NCBI GenBank assembly: GCA_043824835.1
Contig: JBDRSO010000100.1
Location: 3,311 to 67,310 of the forward strand
Reading direction: 5' to 3'
Length of the DNA stretch: 64,000 bases
Origin: Pseudomonadota bacterium
GTDB lineage: Bacteria; Desulfobacterota; Desulfovibrionia; Desulfovibrionales; Desulfovibrionaceae
In this document: one piece after another, positions 1 to 9,620 of the stretch
Layout of the letters: every line of letters starts with the position of its first letter
Numbering within the stretch: the stretch's first letter is position 1
Translations under genes and position numbers: made by a program
Notes under the pieces: generated by a model
Told to the model about the DNA's origin: nothing
Seen by the model: only the letters and a program-made list of their open reading frames with translations
Databases searched by the model: none

Positions 1-52
1 GCGGACAGGAAAATCACCGTGTGATCAGAGACTCCAACCGTTGACACAATCA

Positions 53-88
53 AAACCGCCGCTTCGCGTATTCGCGAGACGGCGGTTT
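53..88. terminator. Bidirectional intrinsic terminator hairpin
   Basis: aaaccgccg (53-61) pairs with cggcggttt (80-88). An inner tcgcg/cgcga stem lies at 64-68/73-77. An A-run lies upstream and cgtttc downstream. It sits between a possible plus-strand gene end (TGA 22-24) and the minus-strand small ORF. Confidence 0.6.
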
Positions 89-148
89 CGTTTCAGCGGA
101 AGGCAGGCTCTCCTTCCACGGCAGATTTTCCGATGCTAGTTTGCGACC

Positions 149-226
149 CTATTTCTGTTTCATGAAAAAATAGATACCAAAGGCGATGACAGCGGCCAGC
201 AGTCCAAAAGGTAATACATACTCCAT
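149..226 (-). CDS. Unannotated 25-aa single-helix membrane peptide (MEYVLPFGLLAAVIAFGIYFFMKQK)
   Basis: Below the track's 60-aa cutoff, so read by hand. ATG at 226-224 is preceded by GGGGGG with a 5-nt spacer (plus-strand cccccc 232-237). There are 25 sense codons and TAG at 151-149. The peptide has a hydrophobic core and a basic KQK tail. Hairpins at 98-117 and 53-88 follow. Confidence 0.4.
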   Translation of the reverse strand: MEYVLPFGLLAAVIAFGIYFFMKQK

Positions 227-409
227 GACAGCCCCCCGATTCAATACGTTAATTTAAACTATTCAAAAGAGATAACACGCCTCGTCCGTAAGCCCATTTC
301 AGCCAGGATGTCCCTGGCCGACCAAACACGAACAACGATTTGGCACATATTCATATATCGGTTTCTACTATCCTATTCTATTTGTATGCCTCTAATCGGG
401 TAATAGCAA

Positions 410-685
410 GTGGCAATCCAAAAATATCCACTAGAATTTCATTACTTTTGTTCCGTGAAGGCAAATACTGACGGAATCCAGGCTCAATCCGCATTAATGG
501 CACTGTTGAAAATCGGATTCAGGCATGCAGAATATATCCTCGCACCATTGCTCTCCAGCAAGTTAAGACACTCCGATATAATTCTCGTAACAAACAGTAT
601 CATTGAAGATAATGCCCATGAGAAATCTTCGAAATCCTCAAGGTATTCCCTGATTACCACTCTGCATTGGGCTTGTGGTGCCTGA
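410..685 (+). CDS. Doubtful hypothetical ORF inside the AT-rich patch
   Basis: 91-aa track ORF with a GTG start. I see no SD and recognise no family. A 58-codon ORF on the opposite strand (660 to 484) is equally open, so coding status is unresolved. Confidence 0.12.
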   Translation: MAIQKYPLEFHYFCSVKANTDGIQAQSALMALLKIGFRHAEYILAPLLSSKLRHSDIILVTNSIIEDNAHEKSSKSSRYSLITTLHWACGA

Positions 686-752
686 GTCGCCAGAGCGGCA
701 CTTCGCCTCCCCTCTTGCCATCCGGCCGTGGATTCCCTATCACTCGCCCATC

Positions 753-1640
753 ATGCTGCAACCCCGCTCCCTCGGATTTGTCCACGCCCTGCTCGCCGTC
801 ATCATCTGGTCCGGCAATTTCGTCATCGCCAGCGGGTTTGTGGACGCCCTGCCGCCCATCACCCTGGCGGCTCTGCGCTGGAGTACGGCCACAGTGTTTT
901 TCCTGCCCTTTGTCATCGGCCGCATGCGTCGGGAATGGCCCGCCATCCGCGAGAACATGCTGCCGCTGTGCGCCTCCGCCCTGACCGGGGTGACGATCTT
1001 CAACACCCTCATCTACATCAGCGCCAGGACCACCGACACGGTCAACCTGGCCCTGCTGGCCGGGACCACGCCGGTGTTCGTCGTACTGCTCTCCCGCCTG
1101 TTCCTGGGTGAAAAGATCAGCCTGTTCAGAAGCATGGGTTTGCTGGTGGCCATCTGCGGCATGGTTGCCATCGCCACCCGGGGCGATCTCGATGTGCTGC
1201 GCGAGCTCAGGTTTCGACCCGGCGACCTGACCATGCTGCTGGCCGGACTGCTCTGGGCGGTCTACAGCATCCTGATCAAGCGGCGTTCGCAGAGCGTCAG
1301 CCTCCCGTCCTTCCTGGGCGTGACCTTCCTCATCGGCGTCATTCCCCTGATCCCGGCGGCCATCATCGAGCAAGGATTCCGGCCCGCCTGGGAGCTGACG
1401 CCCGGCATCGTCGGGGCCGCGCTCTACACGGGACTTGGCGCGTCCCTTGCCGCCTTCTTCCTCTGGAGTTCGGCGGTCTCGCTCATCGGCCCCGGCACGG
1501 CCTCGCTCTTCCAATACCTGACCCCGGTGTTCAGCGGCCTTGCCGCCGCCTTGTTGCTCGGCCAGCCCATCACGCCATGGCACGGCATCGGATTCGTGCT
1601 GATCTTTTCCGGCGTGGTGCTGGCCACACGGCGGCGATGA
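753..1640 (+). CDS. DMT superfamily (EamA/RhaT-like) transporter
   Basis: Ten-TM-like hydrophobic pattern with two EamA-type repeats (WSGNFV..., LLWAVYSIL...). The start is trimmed to ATG 753 (MLQPRSLGF), just before the first TM helix. Confidence 0.8.
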   Translation: MLQPRSLGFVHALLAVIIWSGNFVIASGFVDALPPITLAALRWSTATVFFLPFVIGRMRREWPAIRENMLPLCASALTGVTIFNTLIYISARTTDTVNLALLAGTTPVFVVLLSRLFLGEKISLFRSMGLLVAICGMVAIATRGDLDVLRELRFRPGDLTMLLAGLLWAVYSILIKRRSQSVSLPSFLGVTFLIGVIPLIPAAIIEQGFRPAWELTPGIVGAALYTGLGASLAAFFLWSSAVSLIGPGTASLFQYLTPVFSGLAAALLLGQPITPWHGIGFVLIFSGVVLATRRR

Positions 1641-1698
1641 TTGCCCTGCACATCAAAAGCGTTGATTTTCTCATGTCGATTGCCATAGATTATAAGGC

Positions 1699-2151
1699 AT
1701 GAAACCATACATCCCTCTCCTCCTGGCCGTGTCCGCTCTGTTCCTGTTCGCCTGTTCCGGCAAGACACCAGAACCCCTCGGTGTGCACGACGGCAAACTC
1801 TCGGCCTGCCCGGCAAGCGCCAACTGCGTCTCATCACAGGCCAAAGACCCAGAGCAGCGCGTCGAGCCCATCGCGGCACGGGGCAACCCAGACGTGGTCA
1901 TGGTGGATCTGGCCAACGCCATCGAGTCCATGTTTGGCGGCAAGGTCGTGGCAATGGACGGCCCTTACCTGCGGGCCGAATTCACCAGCCGGGTGCTCCG
2001 TTTCGTGGATGACCTGGAGTGCTACTACGACGAGGGAAAGGGCGTCATTGATGTCCGCTCGGCCTCGCGCATCGGCCAGATGGACTTCGACGCCAATCGG
2101 AACCGCGTGGAGGAACTGCGGAAAGTCTTCACCAGTCGCCGGGGCAACTGA
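1699..2151 (+). CDS. DUF1499-family lipoprotein
   Basis: Lipobox LFLFAC-S in the signal peptide. The pattern CPxSxNCVSS ... RFVDDLE ... IDVRSASRIGxxDFxxNRxRVEELR is typical of DUF1499. Confidence 0.75.
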   Translation: MKPYIPLLLAVSALFLFACSGKTPEPLGVHDGKLSACPASANCVSSQAKDPEQRVEPIAARGNPDVVMVDLANAIESMFGGKVVAMDGPYLRAEFTSRVLRFVDDLECYYDEGKGVIDVRSASRIGQMDFDANRNRVEELRKVFTSRRGN

Positions 2152-2165
2152 CCGGCGCAGAACGC

Positions 2166-2197
2166 AGAAACGGCCGCTCAAGCGGCCGTTTCTGTTT
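2166..2197. terminator. Bidirectional intrinsic terminator
   Basis: Perfect 12-bp hairpin: agaaacggccgc / tcaa / gcggccgtttct, followed by gttt. It sits between convergent genes. Confidence 0.8.
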
Positions 2198-2210
2198 GGG
2201 TCGGGATTGA

Positions 2211-2435
<225 letters not shown>

Positions 2436-2596
2436 TCATGACTGCCACACCTATACCCCCTGACACATTTTTGATGCAACCTTTTTTCTCTTTGCCGCAA
2501 AAATACACCGGTTGATCGGCGGGAACACCTGGGGCCAAAGGCCTCCCCGCCCCTGACAATACGATGCTGTCCCAGGCCTTTCGCCGGAAACGGTGG

Positions 2597-4048
2597 CTAA
2601 CGCTCGCGCATGCCGTGGTAGAGGGTGTCGAAGTAGGGATAGACAAGATATTCCATCACGGTGCGCTCGCCGGTCTTGATGCCCACGAGCACCCGCATAC
2701 CGGGAAAAAGCTGGTAGCGACGGCCGTCCTTCTCGAACCGGTCGTTCTCAGTCTCCACGAGCACCTTGTAGAAGGTACCCACGTCCTCCTTGGTGATGGC
2801 ATCCGGGCTGATGCCGGTGACGAGGCCCTCCAGACTGCCGAACATGCGGGCGTCGCCAGTGGGCAGCCTGACCGTAGCCGCCTGCCCCAGCTGGACGTAA
2901 CCAATGTCGCCAAGGGGAAGATGAGCCTCGATGACCAGCTTGTCACCGGCCGGGACGATATCCAGCACGGTCATGCCAGGCTGGACCACCTCGCCCTCGC
3001 CCATGATGTACACGGACTTGACGATGCCGTTGCCCGGGGAACGAATGACCGTCCGATCCAGGCTGTCCGACATCTTGCGCAGCCGCTGGGAGAATTCCAG
3101 CAGTTCGCGGCGCGACTTGCGCAGGGTATCCTGGACCTCCTCATGGAAGGCGTTGAACAACTGGTCAAGGCTGTCGCGCGCGGCCGTGAGGGCTGATCCG
3201 GCCCTGATCATGGCTGCCTCGTCCTCCTGGATGCGGCTGACGAGGTTCGACTCCTCCTTGAGGAATCCCAGGTGCTTGTAGCGCGATGTCAGTTTGTCCT
3301 TGAGCAGTTCGTCGCTGATGGCGATCTGCTCGCGCACATAAGCCAAGCCCTGCCTCTGGTTGCGGATTCTGACCGAAATCTCCTGCACGTCCTGCTCGCG
3401 CTGGGTGATCTTCTCGCGCTGGGCGTTGAGGTCATTGATGAACCTGTCGCGACGCGCCTCGTAAAACTCGCGCGCCTGCTCGGCCACGCCCGGCGCCTTG
3501 GCCAGGAGCCGGGCCGGAAACTCGATGTTGACGTCATAGGGATCGACGCGCAGCTCGGGCTTGAAGGCCACAGCGTCCGACGAGGCGGGCTGGCGGATGA
3601 CGTTGCCACCGTTCTTGTCAGGCCCGTTCTCGCTCTCCATACCCTCAGTCGCCGCCCCGTTGTCCGATGCGGAAATCTCGGGGGCTGAAGGCGCGGCGAA
3701 CCAGCGCGATTCCGCCTCAAGGCGGGCCACCTCGGCCTCAAGGGAATTGATTCGGATATTGATTTCCCCAACCGTGGAGTCGCTGGCCGTGGTTTCAAGC
3801 TCCACCAGGGGCTGGCCCGTCTCCACCAGATCGCCCTCGCGCACCAGGATGCTGCGCACGATGCCGCCCTCAAGATGCTGAATGCGCTTGACCCGCGAGC
3901 TGGGGATGACCTCGCCCACGGCGTCGCTGACGATGTCCAGCGGGCTGAAGGAGGCCCAGACGAAAAAGCTGACGCAAAAGCCCACGCACAAATGGAAAAA
4001 TGTCCGCGTGACGCGGTCGATTTCGTGTTTGCCGTCAGCGTTTGCCAT
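2597..4048 (-). CDS. HlyD-family type I secretion membrane-fusion (periplasmic adaptor) protein
   Basis: N-terminal TM helix, lipoyl-like hairpin (VKRIQHLEGGIV...GDLVETGQPLVELE), long coiled coil and C-terminal beta-barrel. It starts 9 nt after the ABC gene stop. Confidence 0.88.
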   Translation of the reverse strand: MANADGKHEIDRVTRTFFHLCVGFCVSFFVWASFSPLDIVSDAVGEVIPSSRVKRIQHLEGGIVRSILVREGDLVETGQPLVELETTASDSTVGEINIRINSLEAEVARLEAESRWFAAPSAPEISASDNGAATEGMESENGPDKNGGNVIRQPASSDAVAFKPELRVDPYDVNIEFPARLLAKAPGVAEQAREFYEARRDRFINDLNAQREKITQREQDVQEISVRIRNQRQGLAYVREQIAISDELLKDKLTSRYKHLGFLKEESNLVSRIQEDEAAMIRAGSALTAARDSLDQLFNAFHEEVQDTLRKSRRELLEFSQRLRKMSDSLDRTVIRSPGNGIVKSVYIMGEGEVVQPGMTVLDIVPAGDKLVIEAHLPLGDIGYVQLGQAATVRLPTGDARMFGSLEGLVTGISPDAITKEDVGTFYKVLVETENDRFEKDGRRYQLFPGMRVLVGIKTGERTVMEYLVYPYFDTLYHGMRER

Positions 4049-4056
4049 GGGATTGC

Positions 4057-5745
4057 CTACGATTTCGAGGTGGCCTGTTCAGGGGCCACGGGTTTCTTCT
4101 GGACCAGACCGATCTTGGGCACAGGCTTTGAGTTGAGGTCGATTACCATGCCATAGCCCTTGACGATGCTGGGGTCCCTGGAGACGATGATCAGGGTCAC
4201 CCCATCCCGGGCCAGACCGTTGAGAATCTGGAAGACCGCCTCGCACCCCTCGGCGTCCAACCCCTCGGTGGGCTCGTCGAAGATGGCCAGCCTGCCACGC
4301 GCTACCAGGGCCCGGGCAATGGCCAGCCGCTTGCGTATGCCAAGGGGCAGGCTGCGCCCGCCCTCGGCCACGGGCGTGTCCAGGCCGGTGGCCGTGGCGT
4401 CCAGAAAGCGGCGCAGATCGGCCCTGCGCACCACCTCGTTGAGCCGGGTGTCGTCCGCCTCCGGGTCGAGCAGGGTCAGGTTGTCACGATAAGTGCCGTT
4501 GAGCAGGGTCGGCTCCTGGGGCATGTACATGACCTGCCTGCGCCACCATTCCGGCGCGAGCTGACGCAGATCGACCCCGTCGGCCAGGATCTGTCCCCGA
4601 CCGGGTTCAAGTAGTCCGGCCACGAGCCTGGCCAGGGTGGTCTTGCCCGCGCCGTTGGCCCCGAACACGCCCACCACGGTTCCCGGCTCCACCACGAGGT
4701 TCAGAGACTCGAAGAGTGGCCCGGTGGCTCCGGGAAAGGCGATGGCCACGTCCTTGAACTCCAGGCGGCCCGAAAACTGCTTCATGGCCGTGCCCCCGGC
4801 CGATTCCCTGGGCAGGTTCATGAACTCGCGGATCATGCGCATGGAGTCGTCCGCCTGCCCCATGAGCTGGACCGACTGCATGAAGCCGGTGGAAATCTGC
4901 AAGGCCTTGGCCGAAAGGATGCTGATACCGATGAGCGCCCCCACTGTCAGGTCGCCGGAGACCACCAGCTTGGCACCCACGGCGTAGATCATCACCCGCA
5001 GCAGGGCGCTGAGCCCCTGGACCATGGCCAGTCCCCAACTTTTCTGACCGACGACACGGGCCTTGAGGTCCATGAGTCGCCCGACCTGATCGGTCCATAT
5101 CCTGCTCAGAAACGGAGCGGCATGGAAGGCGCGCACGGTCTCCGCCCCCTGGATGGCCGAATGCACGGTCCCGCGATGGCGGATCAGTTCTTCGCGCAGG
5201 ATGGCGTCGGTGGCCCTGGCGCGGGTCATGTTCATGCGCCCGGCCACCAGCGTGGCAATGGCGGCCAGCAACGTGATCAGCCCCAGCCAAGGGCTCAAGG
5301 CCGTGATGGCCAACAGAAAGAGCAGGAAAAAAGGCATGTCGAGCACGGCGGCGATGTGCGAGGCCTCGTAGGCGCTCTGGACCACCTGCGGCCCGGCCAT
5401 GATCTCCTGGATTCTGGCCTGGGGCACTCGGTCCAGGGCCGAAGCCTTGACACGCGCCAGGGAGTCGAGCACCGCAGCCTGCAACTTGCTGTCCGGCTCC
5501 TCGCTGACCACGGCGCACATGCGGGTGCGGATCGCGGTGAAGGCCATGCCCAGAACCAGGGCGATGAGCATGCCGCCGGTCAGGGTGTAAAGGGTGCCGT
5601 CGAATCCGTAGCCGATGTAGCGGCTGAGAATCTGGATGACGAAGATGGGCGAGGCGAGGAACAGGAGATTGACGAAGAACGAAGCCACAAAAATCTGCAC
5701 CGCCAAAGGCTTGGACCGGAAAAGGCGTCTGAATAGCTCGTGCAT
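4057..5745 (-). CDS. Type I secretion ABC transporter, permease/ATPase (PrtD/HasD-like, no C39 peptidase domain)
   Basis: Six-TM domain plus an NBD with Walker A GANGAGKTT, signature LPLGIRKRL and Walker B LAIFDEPT. The track ORF (to 6075) overlaps tolC, so it is trimmed to ATG 5745 (MHELFRRLF), which has GGGGAGGGGG upstream. Confidence 0.88.
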   Translation of the reverse strand: MHELFRRLFRSKPLAVQIFVASFFVNLLFLASPIFVIQILSRYIGYGFDGTLYTLTGGMLIALVLGMAFTAIRTRMCAVVSEEPDSKLQAAVLDSLARVKASALDRVPQARIQEIMAGPQVVQSAYEASHIAAVLDMPFFLLFLLAITALSPWLGLITLLAAIATLVAGRMNMTRARATDAILREELIRHRGTVHSAIQGAETVRAFHAAPFLSRIWTDQVGRLMDLKARVVGQKSWGLAMVQGLSALLRVMIYAVGAKLVVSGDLTVGALIGISILSAKALQISTGFMQSVQLMGQADDSMRMIREFMNLPRESAGGTAMKQFSGRLEFKDVAIAFPGATGPLFESLNLVVEPGTVVGVFGANGAGKTTLARLVAGLLEPGRGQILADGVDLRQLAPEWWRRQVMYMPQEPTLLNGTYRDNLTLLDPEADDTRLNEVVRRADLRRFLDATATGLDTPVAEGGRSLPLGIRKRLAIARALVARGRLAIFDEPTEGLDAEGCEAVFQILNGLARDGVTLIIVSRDPSIVKGYGMVIDLNSKPVPKIGLVQKKPVAPEQATSKS

Positions 5746-5816
5746 GCCCCCTCCCCGTGCCTGCCTGTGCCGTGCGAAAAACGAAAACGCACCCAGGAGG
5801 GCGCGTTCCGTTGACC

Positions 5817-7145
5817 TTACATTCTCGTGGTATCCTCGGTGATGACGCCCATTTCGTAGAGCAACGTATAGGCGGCGATGATGATGTCGATGTCCGTGGC
5901 CACCTTGGCGCTGATGGACGAGATGTAGTCGCGTTCGCCCACCAGGATGTCCAGCAGGCGGACATCCTCGCCCGTGGCCTTCTTCTTCTTGACCAGTCCG
6001 AGGAATTCCCAGGTGATGTTGGCCTGATTCTCGTAGAGTTCGGAGTTTTGCTGCAGGGTCGTCAGTTCGAGCCATGCGTTGCGAACACTCTCTTCCACAG
6101 TCCTGCGCCGGTCGAGCAGGGTCCGGTTGGCCCCGGTCATTTCGGACTTGATGGACCTGATGGCCTCGGCATCTTGGAAGCCGGAGAAAAGGTTGTAGGT
6201 CATCATGAGCGAGGCGCGTTGTTCGGAGCGCACACCGGTGCTGCCCTGGTCGTTTTCCTTGCGCTCGCCTTCGAGCACGGCGTCGAACCGGGGATAATAG
6301 GTGGCCTCCTGGGCCTTGAGGTCGCCCTGGAGCCTGTCCATGGTGTAGGCAGTTTCGAGCAACACCGGGTTGGTTTCAAAGGCCACTTCCACGGCCTCGT
6401 CCAGGGTGGCGGGAATGAACTGTCTTGGCAGAGGGATGGCGTTCATCCGGTCCACTTCTTCCTGGGTGGGAGTGAAACCGAACACTGACTTGAAATTGTT
6501 GAGGGAAATCTGAACCTCGCGCTCCTGGGTGACCCGGTAGGATTGAGCACCCGCCAGTTGACCCTTGACCTGCAACTCCTCGTAGGAATACCCGGCTCCG
6601 CGCTGCACCAGCACCTCCTGCATGCCGGAAAGCTCGACCATGCTCTGCTCGGAGCGGCGGGCGTACTTGAGCAGTTCGCGCGAGCGCACGATCCTGAGAT
6701 AGGCGGTGATTCCCGAGGCGATGACCACCTGCTTGGTCCGGTCGAGCAGGGCCTCGTATTCCAAGACCCGGCCGGCCGCGGAGTCAATGGTACCGGAAGT
6801 GGCGCCGAAGTCGTAGAGCCGCTGAGTGGCCGTGAGCTTCTGCATGTTCCGGTTCATCTGGGTTTCGGTTTCCATGGGCTTGGTCAGGTTCTCGCGCCCG
6901 CCCTCGGCCTTGGCATCCACCTTGGGATACCAGCCGCCCTGGGCCCGCTTGTACTGGTGGCTGACCGCCTCATATTGCGCCTCAGCGGCCTTGACCCGGT
7001 CGTGGGTCTGCACCAGTTCGCGCAGCAGGGCATTGATGTCGAGGTTTCTCTCCTGTCCGGCGGCGGCCGGAGCAATGGAGAAGAAAAGACAAGCCAAGAC
7101 GATCAAACCAAGACAAGGACACGTGTGGCGACTTTTCAAAACCAA
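5817..7145 (-). CDS. tolC: TolC-family outer membrane efflux/secretion protein
   Basis: Signal peptide followed by a duplicated OEP repeat architecture. It is the first gene of the tolC-ABC-hlyD operon. Confidence 0.85.
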   Translation of the reverse strand: MVLKSRHTCPCLGLIVLACLFFSIAPAAAGQERNLDINALLRELVQTHDRVKAAEAQYEAVSHQYKRAQGGWYPKVDAKAEGGRENLTKPMETETQMNRNMQKLTATQRLYDFGATSGTIDSAAGRVLEYEALLDRTKQVVIASGITAYLRIVRSRELLKYARRSEQSMVELSGMQEVLVQRGAGYSYEELQVKGQLAGAQSYRVTQEREVQISLNNFKSVFGFTPTQEEVDRMNAIPLPRQFIPATLDEAVEVAFETNPVLLETAYTMDRLQGDLKAQEATYYPRFDAVLEGERKENDQGSTGVRSEQRASLMMTYNLFSGFQDAEAIRSIKSEMTGANRTLLDRRRTVEESVRNAWLELTTLQQNSELYENQANITWEFLGLVKKKKATGEDVRLLDILVGERDYISSISAKVATDIDIIIAAYTLLYEMGVITEDTTRM

Positions 7146-7329
7146 ACTCCGTGTGTATGTTCCGGGAAGCCTGGTGGGCTTATCCGGCGAAAAAATTCAG
7201 AAACTCTCCACAATAGCCCTTATAAACAGGCGTACAATATATTATTGCAATGACTATTTCAACAAAAATTTCATTTTCTCCCGGGATATGGCAAGATTAT
7301 GCGCCTGACACCACAGGGAGAAGCCACGG

Positions 7330-9564
7330 GTGGTTACAATGTTCACATTCCTGAAAAAGGCGTTGGGCAAAGACCAGATCATCCTGCTTGGAGCGGGTCT
7401 GACCGGGTCCGCCCTCATGGTGGCCCTGTTCATCGTCCAGCCGACGTTTCTTCGCCTGCTCGACCACAAGGTCTACGACCAGTACCTGCGCAGCTATCAC
7501 GAAGCCAACGCCACCAATATCCCGGTGATCATTGACATCGACGAGAAGAGCCTGAACGAACTCGGGCAGTTCCCCTGGCCCAGATACCGGATGGCCATGC
7601 TGCTCAAATATCTCCAGGCATACGGCGCGGCCGCGGTGGCCACCGATATTCTTTTCGCTGAGGAGGACCGGACCTCGCCCCGAGTCCTGATCAGGCAGCT
7701 CAAGGAGGAGATGAAGATCGACATCACCATCCAGGGTCTGCCGCCAGCTCTGGAGGACAATGACGAGCTGCTGGCCCGCAATATCGCCACCGGCCCCTTC
7801 GTGCTCGGGTTCGACTTCATGACCAGAGCCCTTGAGCGCGAGGACGGCGCGCATCCGAGCCCGGAGTGCGCCATCACCCCGACCAAGGTGGCCGTGCTCG
7901 CCCCTCCCGGCGCGCCCTCGCCCCACGATGTGCTCTTCAAGGCCGAGGAAGCCATCTGCCCCCTGCCCGTCCTGGCCAGGGCGGCCCGGCGCAGCGGCTT
8001 CATCACCATCGCCCCGGACGAGGACAGCGTCTACCGCCGCGTGCCCCTGCTCTTCAGCTGGAACGAGGAGTTCTATCCAAGCCTCGCCCTGGCCGCGCTG
8101 ATGGAGGCCACGGGCATGGAATCCATGGTCCTGAAGATGTCGTCCATCGGCGTGGAGTCGGTGCGCCTGGGCACCACCGTCATTCCCACGGACGAGCGTG
8201 GCCGCATGCTCATCAACTTTCGCGGCGGCATGAAGACCTTCGAGTACGTCAGCGCGGCCGACGTCCTGGCCAAGCGGCTCCCAGCCGGGGCGCTGGCGGG
8301 CAAGATCGCCATCATCGGCACCTCGGCCGCCGGGCTCAAGGACATCCGCGCCACCCCGCTCGATCCCGGCTACCCCGGCGTTGAGGCCCACGCCACTGTG
8401 GTGGACAACATCCTCTCCAAGCAGTTCCTCACGATCCCGGACTGGGCCAAGGGAGTGGAACTGGCCATGATCCTGACCATGGGGCTGCTGACCACCCTGC
8501 TACTCATGTGGGCCAGGGCCGCATGGCTGGCGCTGCCGCTGCTGGGACTTGGCTGGGCCATGTGGTATGCCACGGTCCGGCTCTACACCGAACACTCTCT
8601 GTTCATCTCCCCGCTCTACCCTTTCATCACCCTGGGGCTGACCTTCCTGCTGCTCACGGCCATCAAGTTCTGGCGCGAGGAACACGCCAAGAAATTCATC
8701 CACGGCGCCTTCGCCCATTATCTCGCGCCATCGGTCATCTCGCAGATCATGGACGACCCGGACTCCCTCTCCCTGGATGGCCAGGAAAAGGAGATCACCA
8801 TCCAGTTCTCGGACGTGCGCAGCTTCACCTCACTCTCGGAAAAACTGACCCCGACCCAGGTGACCAACCTGCTGCACGACTATCTCACCCCCATGACCCG
8901 CATCATCACCAGCCACCAGGGAACCCTGGACAAGTTCATAGGCGACGCGGTCATGGCCTTCTGGAATGCGCCGCTGGACATCGAAAACCACCAGCTCAAG
9001 GCGTTGCAGGCCGCCCTGGAGCAACTTGACCGCCTCGACGACCTGAACAAGCTCTTTGTCGATAAGTACGGCTTCCCCATTGCCGTCGGCATCGGCGTCC
9101 ACTGCGGCCGGGTGCGGGTGGGCAACATGGGCTCCGCCGACCTCTTCGACTACACCCTCATCGGCGACAACGTGAACCTCGCCTCGCGCCTGGAGGGATT
9201 GACCAAGTATTACGGCCAGAAGCTGGTGGTCAGCCAAGCCATCGTCGATGCATGCGGCGATGCCTACCGCTTCCGCATCCTCGACAGCGTGCGCGTCAAG
9301 GGCAAGGAGAAGCCGGTCACCATCTTCACCGCCTACACGGCTGACGAGGCCCGCCAGCGCGATGATGAACTGGCAGCCTACGAGAAGGCGCACGACCTGT
9401 ATCTGGCCCAACGCTTCGACGAGGCGGTTGCGGTGTTCGAGGAGCTTCTGACCCGGGGCCTGGAGCCGGTGCTTTACGAAATGTACGTCGAGCGCTGCCG
9501 CCATCTGGTCGAGGATCCGCCGGGCGCGGATTGGGACGGCGTGTTCACTCACAAGACCAAATAG
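7330..9564 (+). CDS. CHASE2 sensor domain-containing class III adenylate cyclase
   Basis: N-terminal TM helix, periplasmic CHASE2-like region and three TM helices. Cyclase core motifs are FSDVRSFTSLSE, DKFIGDAVMAFW and IGDNVNLASRLE. The C-terminus is TPR-like. The start is either GTG 7330 (SD GGGAG at 7316-7320) or ATG 7339. Confidence 0.88.
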   Translation: MVTMFTFLKKALGKDQIILLGAGLTGSALMVALFIVQPTFLRLLDHKVYDQYLRSYHEANATNIPVIIDIDEKSLNELGQFPWPRYRMAMLLKYLQAYGAAAVATDILFAEEDRTSPRVLIRQLKEEMKIDITIQGLPPALEDNDELLARNIATGPFVLGFDFMTRALEREDGAHPSPECAITPTKVAVLAPPGAPSPHDVLFKAEEAICPLPVLARAARRSGFITIAPDEDSVYRRVPLLFSWNEEFYPSLALAALMEATGMESMVLKMSSIGVESVRLGTTVIPTDERGRMLINFRGGMKTFEYVSAADVLAKRLPAGALAGKIAIIGTSAAGLKDIRATPLDPGYPGVEAHATVVDNILSKQFLTIPDWAKGVELAMILTMGLLTTLLLMWARAAWLALPLLGLGWAMWYATVRLYTEHSLFISPLYPFITLGLTFLLLTAIKFWREEHAKKFIHGAFAHYLAPSVISQIMDDPDSLSLDGQEKEITIQFSDVRSFTSLSEKLTPTQVTNLLHDYLTPMTRIITSHQGTLDKFIGDAVMAFWNAPLDIENHQLKALQAALEQLDRLDDLNKLFVDKYGFPIAVGIGVHCGRVRVGNMGSADLFDYTLIGDNVNLASRLEGLTKYYGQKLVVSQAIVDACGDAYRFRILDSVRVKGKEKPVTIFTAYTADEARQRDDELAAYEKAHDLYLAQRFDEAVAVFEELLTRGLEPVLYEMYVERCRHLVEDPPGADWDGVFTHKTK

Positions 9565-9566
9565 AG

Positions 9567-9598
9567 AACGGGCCTCGCATGACGATGCGCGGCCCGTT
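9567..9598. terminator. Bidirectional terminator hairpin
   Basis: aacgggcc-t-cgcat-gacg-atgcg-c-ggcccgtt, between convergent genes. Confidence 0.7.
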
Positions 9599-9620
9599 GT
9601 TCATGAAGTGACGGTCCCGG

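Noticed and set aside
140-151. 12-mer TTTGCGACCCTA shared between 140-151 and 40840-40851
   Set aside because: Many identical 12-mer pairs are expected by chance in 64 kb counted over both strands. The flanks are not similar.
341-355. TGGCAC hexamer as a sigma-54 -24 element
   Set aside because: There is no TTGC at the required 12-nt offset (it reads CATA). Similar near-misses are TGGCAAGATTATGC at 7289-7302 (spacing one nt short), TGGCAGCAAGCCGC at 28991 and following, and TGGCACCCGCAGGCA at about 62905, which is on the wrong strand for the flanking genes.
654-1583. 309-aa minus-strand ORF antisense to the DMT transporter
   Set aside because: The translation is Arg/Gly/Asp/Pro-rich low-complexity sequence, typical of shadow frames in GC-rich DNA. 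It fully overlaps a confidently recognised membrane transporter.
5746-6075. N-terminal 110-aa extension of the ABC transporter track ORF
   Set aside because: The extension is His/Arg/Gly-rich junk and overlaps the 3' end of tolC. ATG 5745 has a strong SD and a family-typical N-terminus. Similar false extensions were trimmed at 19961-20224, 21696-22040, 22277-22399, 24634-25038, 29902-30378, 31353-31688, 53310-53558 and 60260-60541.
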